Assembly (NCBI RefSeq): GCF_000284115.1
Contig: NC_017080.1
Coordinates: 1,770,001-1,802,000, forward strand
Direction of reading: 5' to 3'
Source: Phycisphaera mikurensis NBRC 102666
Lineage (GTDB): Bacteria > Planctomycetota > Phycisphaerae > Phycisphaerales > Phycisphaeraceae
DNA length: 32,000 nt
Both the position numbers and the translations under genes were made by a program. Numbering within the stretch: position 1 is the first letter of the stretch; each line of letters starts with the position of its first letter. Below, one piece after another: positions 23,574-30,939 of this stretch. The notes below the pieces were generated by a model. The model made no database searches, was not told the origin of the DNA, and saw only the letters and a program-made list of their open reading frames with translations.

Positions 23574-24581
23574 GTGTCTCGTGCCGCGCTGGTCCTGGGC
23601 TTGCTCCTCTCCCTCGCGGTGCACGCGGCGGCGCTGTGGATCGGGCGGACGCCGCCGCCGGCGGCGGCGGAGGCACCGGTGACGGTGGCGCTGGTGGAGT
23701 TGCCGCCGGAGCCCGAACCCGAAGCCGGGGCCGAGCCCGGAATGCCGCCGGAGCCGGAGCCGCCTGCTGCGCCCGAGCCCGCTCCCGAGCCCGAGTCCCC
23801 ATCGGAGCCGGAGCCGGAGCCAGAGCCAGAGCCGGAGCCAGAGCGAGAGCCAGAGCCGGAGCCTGTTGCCGCCTCGCAGCCGGCTCCGGAAGCCGCGCCC
23901 GAGCCCGCTCCCGAGCCTGCGCCCGCGCCGGAGCCCGCGCCCGTGCCCCCGCCCGCACCCGCGGCGGAGCCCGCACCCGTTGCCCCGCCGCGGATCACCC
24001 CGGCGGACGCGCCACCGCCGCCACGCGACGCCCAACCCGAACCCGAGCCCAAGGCCGAGCCCGCACCCGAGGCGGCTCGGGAAGCCGCGCCCGCCGCGAA
24101 CGATTCGCTGCTCCGATCCGACGCTCCCACGACCGATCGCCCCGGCCCGGTCCTCGGCATCGACTGGGGCACGCCCGAGGATGCGATCGCCACCCTGCGG
24201 GCCAACCGCATGGTGGTCGCCATCTGGCGGGCCGACCGCTCCGGCGAGGGCGGCACCTACCAGGGCCGGGTCGAGTTCGTCAACGGCCGCTGGCGTCGCG
24301 AGCCGATCGATCCCGCGTCGCTCCCGCGCTTCGCGCGCACCCAGCGCCGGCTCGACGACGTCCCCGCCTTCAACGACGCCCGCCGCGCCGCCCGGCTGCG
24401 GCTGGGCGAGCGGCTGGTGGTGCTGATGCCGGTGGAGGTCGAGCGGAAGCTGCGGGCGAGCCTCGCCGCCGCGGCCGCCGACCGCGGCCTGGCCTATGAC
24501 GACGTGCGGGTGTTCGCCGGCCGCTTCCGCGTCCGCGGCGGCGCCGTCCGCTTCGAGATCGTCGAGGTCGTGCCCCATTGA
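23574..24581 (+). CDS. TonB/TolA-like energy-transducer anchor with a Glu-Pro/Ala-Pro spacer and an unrecognised C-terminal domain
   Basis: GTG start 1 nt after the previous stop. The N-terminal TM segment carries the SxxxH signature (LSLAVHAAAL; compare E. coli TonB LSVCIHGAVV). A spacer of about 130 aa is (EP)n/(AP)n-rich. The C-terminal 150 aa or so lack the YP...TonB_C pattern. Confidence 0.6.
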   Translation: MSRAALVLGLLLSLAVHAAALWIGRTPPPAAAEAPVTVALVELPPEPEPEAGAEPGMPPEPEPPAAPEPAPEPESPSEPEPEPEPEPEPEREPEPEPVAASQPAPEAAPEPAPEPAPAPEPAPVPPPAPAAEPAPVAPPRITPADAPPPPRDAQPEPEPKAEPAPEAAREAAPAANDSLLRSDAPTTDRPGPVLGIDWGTPEDAIATLRANRMVVAIWRADRSGEGGTYQGRVEFVNGRWRREPIDPASLPRFARTQRRLDDVPAFNDARRAARLRLGERLVVLMPVEVERKLRASLAAAAADRGLAYDDVRVFAGRFRVRGGAVRFEIVEVVPH

Positions 24582-24583
24582 AT

Positions 24584-24629
24584 CCGCGGACCGCGGGCCG
24601 GATCCGCCCGCCCCGGCGACGGTCCGCGG
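24584..24629. repeat. 46-nt palindromic element, copy B
   Basis: CCGCGGACCG (24584-24593) / CGGTCCGCGG (24620-24629) with a 26-nt loop containing GGGCCGGATCC. It starts 3 nt after the TonB-like stop. Confidence 0.85.
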
Positions 24630-24651
24630 CTCCCGCTCCTGAGATGGCCCC

Positions 24652-25569
24652 ATGAGAAAGCTCCGCCCCCTGCTCGCCTGCCTCGCGCTGCTGTCCACGG
24701 GCCCGGTGTCCGCGCAGCCGGCGCGGGCGACTCCCGCGCCCGCCGCGGACGCTCCCGCCTCCAGCCCCCTCGCCGCCGCCTACGCGGTGCTCACGGCCGG
24801 CCGGACGCGCGAGGCCGAGCTGGCCTTCCTCCGCCTGGCGGCCACCGCGGGCCCCGGCGACGCGGGCGCGCTGCTGGGCGCCGGCCTCGCCGCCGCGGCC
24901 GCGGGTGACGCCGGTCCCGCCGTCAAGCGGCTGCGGGCCGTGCTCCGGCTCGGGCCCGGCGGTGCCCTCCGTGGCCTCCCGCCCCGCGATGACCTCCTCG
25001 GCGTCGTGACGGCGGGCCGGACGAACCTCGAGAACGGCTTGATGGAGACCGACGACGTCGGCGGCGTGCTCGTCTCCTCGGCGCTCCTAGACTTCTTGGT
25101 CGGCGACCTGGAGACGGCACGGCTGAGCCTCGCCGCCGCCGTCCGCCGCGACGGGATGCAGCCGGAAATGCGGAGCCTGGACCGGCTCCTCCAGAACGCC
25201 CGCCTCGGCCTCCAAGCGGAGGGCGTGCAGCCGACGCCGCGCGTCACGCCGCCCGCGGCCCCGCGGGAGGTCGCTCGGGCGCCCGCGCCCGAGCTCGCCC
25301 TCGAGTCCGCACCCGAGTCCGCACCCGAGCCCGCACCCGGGCTGGCCTCCGAGCCGCCCGCCGCACCCCGCCTGCTCCGCCCGGTGAACCCCGGGGAGGA
25401 CGCCGAGCGTCCGCGGATCTTCTTCGACTACGAGAAGCTGAACCTGCGGGTCAGCGAGATGGCCGGCAGCCTGGAGAGCTTCGAGAAGAAGCTGATGCAG
25501 TCGCTGATGCGGGAGGCGCCCCCGCCCGCTCCCGACGCCGCCGCGTCGCCGGCGCCGGCGGCTCCATGA
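24652..25569 (+). CDS. Secreted Ala-rich, TPR-like helical protein (hypothetical)
   Basis: Signal peptide MRKLRPLLACLALLSTGPVSA|QP, followed by helix-turn-helix repeat-like Ala/Leu/Gly stretches, an AP/EP-rich linker and a conserved-looking C-terminal amphipathic helix (IFFDYEKLNLRVSEMAGSLESFEKKLMQSLM). Confidence 0.55.
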   Translation: MRKLRPLLACLALLSTGPVSAQPARATPAPAADAPASSPLAAAYAVLTAGRTREAELAFLRLAATAGPGDAGALLGAGLAAAAAGDAGPAVKRLRAVLRLGPGGALRGLPPRDDLLGVVTAGRTNLENGLMETDDVGGVLVSSALLDFLVGDLETARLSLAAAVRRDGMQPEMRSLDRLLQNARLGLQAEGVQPTPRVTPPAAPREVARAPAPELALESAPESAPEPAPGLASEPPAAPRLLRPVNPGEDAERPRIFFDYEKLNLRVSEMAGSLESFEKKLMQSLMREAPPPAPDAAASPAPAAP

Positions 25570-25621
25570 CCAAAACCGCCGCCGAGCGCCCGCCCGAGCG
25601 ATCCCGCTAGGGTGCCGATCC

Positions 25622-27082
25622 ATGAGCGCTCCCGACGATCCCATCGCCGCTTCCGAAGGCTCCACCCGCACCGAACGCGATTCCATGGGCGAGATGCAGG
25701 TGCCGGCGCAAGCCCTCTACGGCGCCTCCACCGCCCGCGCCGTCGCGAACTTCCCGATCGCCCACCGCCCGCTCGCCCCCGCAATCCTGCACGCCTTCGG
25801 CGAGCTCAAAGCGGCCTGCGCGGAGGTCAACCTCGAGGCCGGGCTGCTGGAAGAGGACCTCGCCCGGGCCATCGTCGCCGCCGCCGAGGAGGTCGCGCGG
25901 GGCGAGCACGACGGGCACTTCCCGGTGGACGTCTACCAGACCGGCTCGGGCACCTCGACGAATATGAACGCGAACGAGGTCATCGCCAACCTCGCGAACC
26001 AGAAGCTCGGCCTGCCGAGCTCGCCCGGCGGCGACCGCGACCCCAACGCCAAGCCCCGGGTCCACCCCAACGACCACGTCAACCTGGGGCAGAGCAGCAA
26101 CGACACCTTCCCCACGGCGATGCACATCGCCGTCTCGCGGCAGATCCACGACCGGCTCGTCCCCGCGCTCAAGAAGATGACCGACCGTCTCGCCGAGCAG
26201 GCGATGCGCTGGGACGGCATCACGAAGATCGGCCGCACCCACGTGATGGACGCGACGCCGATCCGCGTGGGCCAGGTGTTCTCCGGCTACGCCGAGCAAG
26301 GCGAGTGTGCCGCCCGCTTCGCCATGCTCGCGCTCAAGAGCACCAACGACGGCGTGCCCATTGGCGGCACCGCCGTGGGCACCGGCATCAACACGCTCCC
26401 CGGCTTCGGCGGGAAGGTCTGCCAGAAGCTCAGCGAGCGGACCGGTCTCCGCTTCCAGGAGGCGAACAACCACTTCTGCGCCCAGTCCTGCAAGGACGAG
26501 TTCGTCTACGCGCACGGCTGCCTGAAGACCGGCGCGATCGCGCTCTCGAAGATCGCCAGCGACATCCGCCTGCTCGGCAGCGGCCCCCGCGCCGGCCTCG
26601 CCGAGCTGAACCTGCCGGCGATCCAGCCGGGCAGCTCCATCATGCCCGGCAAGGTGAACCCGGTGCTCTGCGAGTCGGTCATCCAGGTCGCCTGCCGCGT
26701 GATCGGCAACGACGCCGCCATCGCGACGGCCAACCTCGGCGGCGTCGGCTCGCTCTTCGAGCTCAACGTCGCGATGCCGGTGATGGCCGACGCCTTCCTG
26801 GAGTCGATTGACCTGCTCACCAACGCGACGCTCGTGTTCACGGAGAAGCTGCTCGACGGGCTCGAGGTCAACGAGGACCGCTGCCGGGAGCTGCTTTCCC
26901 GCTCGCTGATGACGGTCACCGCCCTCGCTCCCGAGCTCGGCTACGACGTCTGCTCGGACCTCGCGAAGGAAGCACACCGGTCCGACCGCACCATCAAGGA
27001 GCTGGTGCTGGAGCGTGGGCTGATGGAGGAGTCGGCGCTCGACGAGGCGCTCGACGCGGAGAAGATGACCCGGCCGGGGTGA
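25622..27082 (+). CDS. fumC: Class II fumarate hydratase
   Basis: 486 aa with GSSIMPGKVNP (fumarate lyase signature), QTGSGTSTNMNANEVIAN and HPNDHVNLGQSSNDTFPTAMHIA. The SSND.FPTAMH pattern is FumC-like rather than aspartase-like. Confidence 0.88.
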   Translation: MSAPDDPIAASEGSTRTERDSMGEMQVPAQALYGASTARAVANFPIAHRPLAPAILHAFGELKAACAEVNLEAGLLEEDLARAIVAAAEEVARGEHDGHFPVDVYQTGSGTSTNMNANEVIANLANQKLGLPSSPGGDRDPNAKPRVHPNDHVNLGQSSNDTFPTAMHIAVSRQIHDRLVPALKKMTDRLAEQAMRWDGITKIGRTHVMDATPIRVGQVFSGYAEQGECAARFAMLALKSTNDGVPIGGTAVGTGINTLPGFGGKVCQKLSERTGLRFQEANNHFCAQSCKDEFVYAHGCLKTGAIALSKIASDIRLLGSGPRAGLAELNLPAIQPGSSIMPGKVNPVLCESVIQVACRVIGNDAAIATANLGGVGSLFELNVAMPVMADAFLESIDLLTNATLVFTEKLLDGLEVNEDRCRELLSRSLMTVTALAPELGYDVCSDLAKEAHRSDRTIKELVLERGLMEESALDEALDAEKMTRPG

Positions 27083-27100
27083 AATCGACGCCCGCGGGAA

Positions 27101-27121
27101 GCCTCCGGTAACTTCGGAGGC
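27101..27121 (+). promoter_or_regulatory. GC hairpin abutting the folD start codon
   Basis: GCCTCCG (27101-27107), loop GTAACTT, CGGAGGC (27115-27121), with the ATG at 27122. The only SD-like GGAGG lies inside the 3' arm, 1 nt from the ATG. No U-tract follows. Confidence 0.35.
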
Positions 27122-27961
27122 ATGCCTGCAGAACTGCTCGACGGAACCAAGACCGCCAACGAGATCCTCGGGAAGATCCGCTCTCAGGTGGCGGTACGCG
27201 TCGCGGGGGGCGGCTCCAAGCCCACGCTGGCGACGGTGCTGGTGGGGGCGGACCCGGCGTCGATCACGTACACCCGGATGAAGCGGAAGCGCTGCGAGAG
27301 CGTCGGCATGCGGTCGCTGAAGGTGGAGCTGCCGGCGGAGACCACCACCGAGCAGCTGCTCGCCGAGATCGAGAAGCTCGGGAACGACCCCGGCGTGCAC
27401 GGCATCCTGCTGCAGCACCCCTGCCCGCCGCACATCGACGAGCGAGCGGCCTTCGAGGCGATTCCCACGGCCAAGGATGTGGACGGCGTCACGCTGGGCA
27501 GCTTCGCGGACATGTGGTTCGGCCTCGGAGGCTTCGACTCCTGCACGCCCGGCGGGATCATGCGGCTCTTGAGGGCCTACGACCTCCCGCTCTCGGGCAA
27601 GCGGGCGGTGGTGATCGGCCGGTCGGCGATCCTCGGCAAGCCGATGGCCGGGCTGCTGCTCGCCGCCGACGCGACGGTGACGATCTGCCACAGCCGCACG
27701 CCCGACGTCGCCGCGGCGGTGCGTGAGGCGGACGTGGTGGTGGCGGCGGTGGGGCGGGCGGAGTTTGTGAAGGGCGACTGGATCAAGCCCGGGGCGGTCG
27801 TCGCGGACGCCGGCTACAACGCCGGCAACGTGGGCGACGTGGAGCACGCCGCGGCGGCGGAGCGGGCCGCCTGGATCACGCCCGTGCCCGGCGGCGTGGG
27901 GCCGATGACGATCGCGACGCTGCTGGAGCAGACGCTGGTGGCGGCGGAACGCGACGCGTAG
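27122..27961 (+). CDS. folD: Bifunctional methylenetetrahydrofolate dehydrogenase/methenyl-THF cyclohydrolase
   Basis: 279 aa with LATVLVGADPAS..YTRMKRK, GILLQHP, GRSAILGKPMAGLLL and PVPGGVGPMTIA. Confidence 0.95.
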   Translation: MPAELLDGTKTANEILGKIRSQVAVRVAGGGSKPTLATVLVGADPASITYTRMKRKRCESVGMRSLKVELPAETTTEQLLAEIEKLGNDPGVHGILLQHPCPPHIDERAAFEAIPTAKDVDGVTLGSFADMWFGLGGFDSCTPGGIMRLLRAYDLPLSGKRAVVIGRSAILGKPMAGLLLAADATVTICHSRTPDVAAAVREADVVVAAVGRAEFVKGDWIKPGAVVADAGYNAGNVGDVEHAAAAERAAWITPVPGGVGPMTIATLLEQTLVAAERDA

Positions 27962-27980
27962 CGGGTTGGGGCGAGGGTCC

Positions 27981-28020
27981 CGTGGATCCGTGGATCCGTG
28001 GATCTGTGGATCCGCGGACC
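27981..28020. repeat. Octanucleotide tandem array (CGTGGATC-like) x5
   Basis: Units read cgtggatc cgtggatc cgtggatc tgtggatc cgcggacc. Each junction creates GGATCC/GATC. The last unit is the left arm of palindromic element copy C. Confidence 0.9.
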
Positions 28021-28057
28021 GTCGGCTCATCGCCGCAGGAACACGCTCGGTCCGCGG
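28012..28057. repeat. 46-nt palindromic element, copy C
   Basis: CCGCGGACCG (28012-28021) / CGGTCCGCGG (28048-28057) with a 26-nt loop, downstream of the folD stop. Confidence 0.85.
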
Positions 28058-28073
28058 AGGGGCGGCGGCGGGA

Positions 28074-28101
28074 GCCGTCCGTCCCGCCCCGTCCGTCCCG
28101 C
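28074..28101. repeat. 14-bp tandem duplication (CCGTCCGTCCCGCC x2)
   Basis: Exact direct repeat at 28074-28087 and 28088-28101. Confidence 0.8.
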
Positions 28102-28206
28102 CGCGTCCGACTCGCGCGCAGCCGGGTGGATCGCCCGCGGGAGGTCCGGCCGGGCGGCTCCCGGCGCGGTTGCCCGCGCTCCCTGCCAACGGCCGATACG
28201 CCGGGC

Positions 28207-30897
28207 GTGAACCTTCCACGCGTGCTGCTCCTGGGCTTCCTTCCGCTCGCGGCCTCGGCCGCGCGCGCGGAGCCCGAGCGGCTGATCGCCCGCTTCGACT
28301 TCGAGGAAACCAACGACGCGGGCGTGCAGCTGGGCAGCGGGCTGACGCTTCCGCGCTCGTGGGCACCGATCGGGCGGGACCCGGGCACGGGCGACCCGGC
28401 CTTCGCGCAGGTGCCGATCCACCGGGAGCTGATCGCGCGTGGCGGGCACCCGCTGTTCAACCCGGTCGGCTACGCCCCCGCGGAGGGGGAGCCGGGGTAC
28501 GTGCTGCGGCTGGCGACCCGCGGCGGCGACGTGGGGGCTTACCTCGCGGCGGGCGCGGTCCCGACCGAGGCGGGAGGCGTGTACCGGGTTGCGGCGCGGC
28601 TGAGGACGCGCGGGCTCGATCACGGGTCGGTCCGGGTGCTCGGCTGCATCGCCGACACCCGCGGCCGGCGGATCCCCGGGACGCTCGCGGCCGCGGCGCC
28701 GGCCGGGCCGGCGGACGCCGGCGGGTGGCAGGCGTGGGAGGTCCAGCTCGAGGCGCCGGCCGGGGAGGACGCGGGCGACGGATCGGTCGTCCTGGAGGTC
28801 GCGCTGCTGCAGCCGCGGCCCGACCCGACGGACCCGCTCGGCGACGAGCGCGTGCTGCCGGTGGAGACCGACGCGACGCTGGAGGTGGACGACGTGGAGG
28901 TCCGCCGCCTGCCCCGGGCGGATTGGACGACCCGGCAGCCGCTGCAGGTCGTCGAACTGCCGGCCCGCCCGGAGCTGCGGCTGCGGGCGAGCGACCTCGG
29001 CGTGGGGCAGCTGCGGGCCCGGCTCCGGCTGCGCGACCTCGACGGCCGCGTGGTCGCGTCGGAAGAGCGAGCGATCGACCAGGAGGGCGTGCTGCGGTGG
29101 CGGCCGGACCTCCCGCGCCTGGGCTGGTACGAGGCCGAGGCCGACGTCGTCGACGAGCAGGGGGCGGTGCTGCTGTCCCGCCGCCTCGCCCTCGTGCACG
29201 GGCCCGAGGAGCCGGCCGAGCCCCGCCGGGCCGACGCTCACCCTCGGTTCCTGCTCGACCTGTCCGACCTCCCGCTCGAACCCGCCCGGCTGCTGGGCGT
29301 CGCGGCCGCGTCGGGCCTGCCCGGCGTGCTGCTCCCGGCCTGGACCGAGACGCTGGAGGCGGAGGAGCTGCCGGCGCGGGCGGAGGCGCTGGCCGCCGCC
29401 GCACGGTCGCTTCACGCGCGGAGCATCAAGCTGGAGATCGCGCTGGGCCCGCGGCCGGCGGCGTTCACGTCCCGCAGCCCCGCGATGGGCGTCGGCGTGA
29501 TCGATCCCGGCGGCTTCTGGCGGCCGTGGATCGAGCCGCTGGTGGTGGGGGTCGGCGGGCGGACCGACGGCTGGTGGCTGGCCCGGCCGGCGGAGGCGGA
29601 GGCGGCGCCCGGAGCGCTCTTCGCGTCGTCTCCGGGGTTCTCGCGGCTCGTCGGGGACTGGGCGGCGGGCACGCGGGTCCGGCCGGTCGCGGGCTTCGAC
29701 CGCCTCGGTCTCGCCGGCGAGGCGGTCGCGGACACGGCGAGCGTGCTCCCTTTGCCGCTCGCGCCGGAGGACCCCGCGTCCATCGCCGGCGGCTGGGTCG
29801 CCGTGCGGCCGGAAGCCGCCGCCGCCACGTCGCGCCGCGTCCAGGCCGAAGCCTTCGCGAACACGTTGCTGGACGTGGCCGCCGCCCGGCCCGACGCCGG
29901 CTTCGTCGTGGGCCCGCTCGTCCGGCTCCACCGCGGCGAACCGGTGGCCACGCCGCTGCTCCCGGTCGCCCGGCGGCTGAGCCGCTGGACGATCGGCTTC
30001 GGGGAGGCCACGCCCTGGCGGGCCGCCGAGGGCGTGGAGGCCTGGGTGCTGCCCGGCGGCACGTTGGTGGTCCGGGCCGCGGCGGGCGGGCCGGTGGGCG
30101 CGGCGCTCGCGCTGGGGGAGGCGCCCGCAGCGGTCGTCGAGGACGTCTGGGGCAACCGCTGGAAGCCGGCCGGCGCGACCGCGAGCACTGCCGAGGTCCG
30201 CGTGGGGCGGAGCCCGCTGCGGGTCACCGGCCTGCCGCCGGGGCCGCTGGGCATGCGGGCGAGCTTCGGGATCGACCGCCCGCTGCTGGAGGCGACGCCG
30301 CGGCCCCAGCCACGCGTGCTGGTGCTGCGGAACCCGCACGACGCGGCGATCCGCGGCGAGCTGCGTGTCCGCACCCCGCCGGGGTGGACGGTCCGGCCGA
30401 CGCGGATCCCGCTGAACCTCGCCCCCGGCGCCACCGCCTCGCTGCCGGTGGAGCTGCAGGTCGCTCCGCACGCCCAGACCGGGACCGTCTTGCTTGATGC
30501 CGAGGCGGTTTACGACCTGCAGGGCCCGCGCACCGTCTCGCTGCGAACGCCGCTGACGCTGGGCGTTCCCGGGCTCCGGCTGCAGGCGAGCGTCGCCGAG
30601 GCCGCGCCACGCGGCAGCGGCGACCTTCTGGCGACGTGCGTCGCCTTCAACGACGGCGACACCGCCGCCGCCCTCACCGTGTTCGCGCAGGTCGCCGGCC
30701 AGCCTTACAGCGAGCGTCTGGCCCCGCAGGTGGAGCCGGGCGGCTTCGCGGTCTTCCGGTTCCGCTTCGCCGGCGCGGCCGAGGAGGCCACCCGCTCGCC
30801 GGTCCTCTGCGGGGTGAGACGCAGCGGCAACCCCGGAGCGCTCAACCGGCACCTCCTCCTCAAGCCGGCGGCCGGACGCGGGTCGGAGCGGGACTGA
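28207..30897 (+). CDS. Large secreted protein of unknown function (CBM/jelly-roll-like N-terminus, beta-sandwich-like C-terminus)
   Basis: The in-frame GTG at 28207 gives (M)NLPRVLLLGFLPLAASAARA|EP, a signal peptide. 896 aa. The N-terminal region resembles CBM4/9-type sensor modules (GGVYRVAARLRTRG..LEVDDVEVRRL). C-terminal segments resemble NEW3/CARDB-type sandwiches (GELRVRTPPGWTVRPTRIPLNLAPGATASLPVELQV). The upstream part of the track ORF (27982-28206) translates the repeats and is not coding. Confidence 0.6.
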   Translation: MNLPRVLLLGFLPLAASAARAEPERLIARFDFEETNDAGVQLGSGLTLPRSWAPIGRDPGTGDPAFAQVPIHRELIARGGHPLFNPVGYAPAEGEPGYVLRLATRGGDVGAYLAAGAVPTEAGGVYRVAARLRTRGLDHGSVRVLGCIADTRGRRIPGTLAAAAPAGPADAGGWQAWEVQLEAPAGEDAGDGSVVLEVALLQPRPDPTDPLGDERVLPVETDATLEVDDVEVRRLPRADWTTRQPLQVVELPARPELRLRASDLGVGQLRARLRLRDLDGRVVASEERAIDQEGVLRWRPDLPRLGWYEAEADVVDEQGAVLLSRRLALVHGPEEPAEPRRADAHPRFLLDLSDLPLEPARLLGVAAASGLPGVLLPAWTETLEAEELPARAEALAAAARSLHARSIKLEIALGPRPAAFTSRSPAMGVGVIDPGGFWRPWIEPLVVGVGGRTDGWWLARPAEAEAAPGALFASSPGFSRLVGDWAAGTRVRPVAGFDRLGLAGEAVADTASVLPLPLAPEDPASIAGGWVAVRPEAAAATSRRVQAEAFANTLLDVAAARPDAGFVVGPLVRLHRGEPVATPLLPVARRLSRWTIGFGEATPWRAAEGVEAWVLPGGTLVVRAAAGGPVGAALALGEAPAAVVEDVWGNRWKPAGATASTAEVRVGRSPLRVTGLPPGPLGMRASFGIDRPLLEATPRPQPRVLVLRNPHDAAIRGELRVRTPPGWTVRPTRIPLNLAPGATASLPVELQVAPHAQTGTVLLDAEAVYDLQGPRTVSLRTPLTLGVPGLRLQASVAEAAPRGSGDLLATCVAFNDGDTAAALTVFAQVAGQPYSERLAPQVEPGGFAVFRFRFAGAAEEATRSPVLCGVRRSGNPGALNRHLLLKPAAGRGSERD

Positions 30898-30939
30898 CCA
30901 CGCCGCCAGCGGCCCAAGAGCAGAGCCGCTTCCCGGGCA

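Noticed and set aside
23214-24698. Alternative-frame ORFs across the EP-repeat region (494-aa minus, 287-aa + at 23636..24499, 186-aa + at 23866..24426, and the 373-aa and 452-aa minus ORFs)
   Set aside because: All are low-complexity translations of the GAGCCN repeat DNA. Only the 23574..24581 frame has a TM anchor, tight coupling to the upstream gene and a non-repetitive C-terminal domain.
27982-28206. ATG at 27982 as the start of the large secreted protein (MDPWIRGSVDPRTVG...)
   Set aside because: This N-terminal extension is simply the translation of the CGTGGATC array, the palindromic element and the 14-bp duplication. The GTG at 28207 yields a proper signal peptide.
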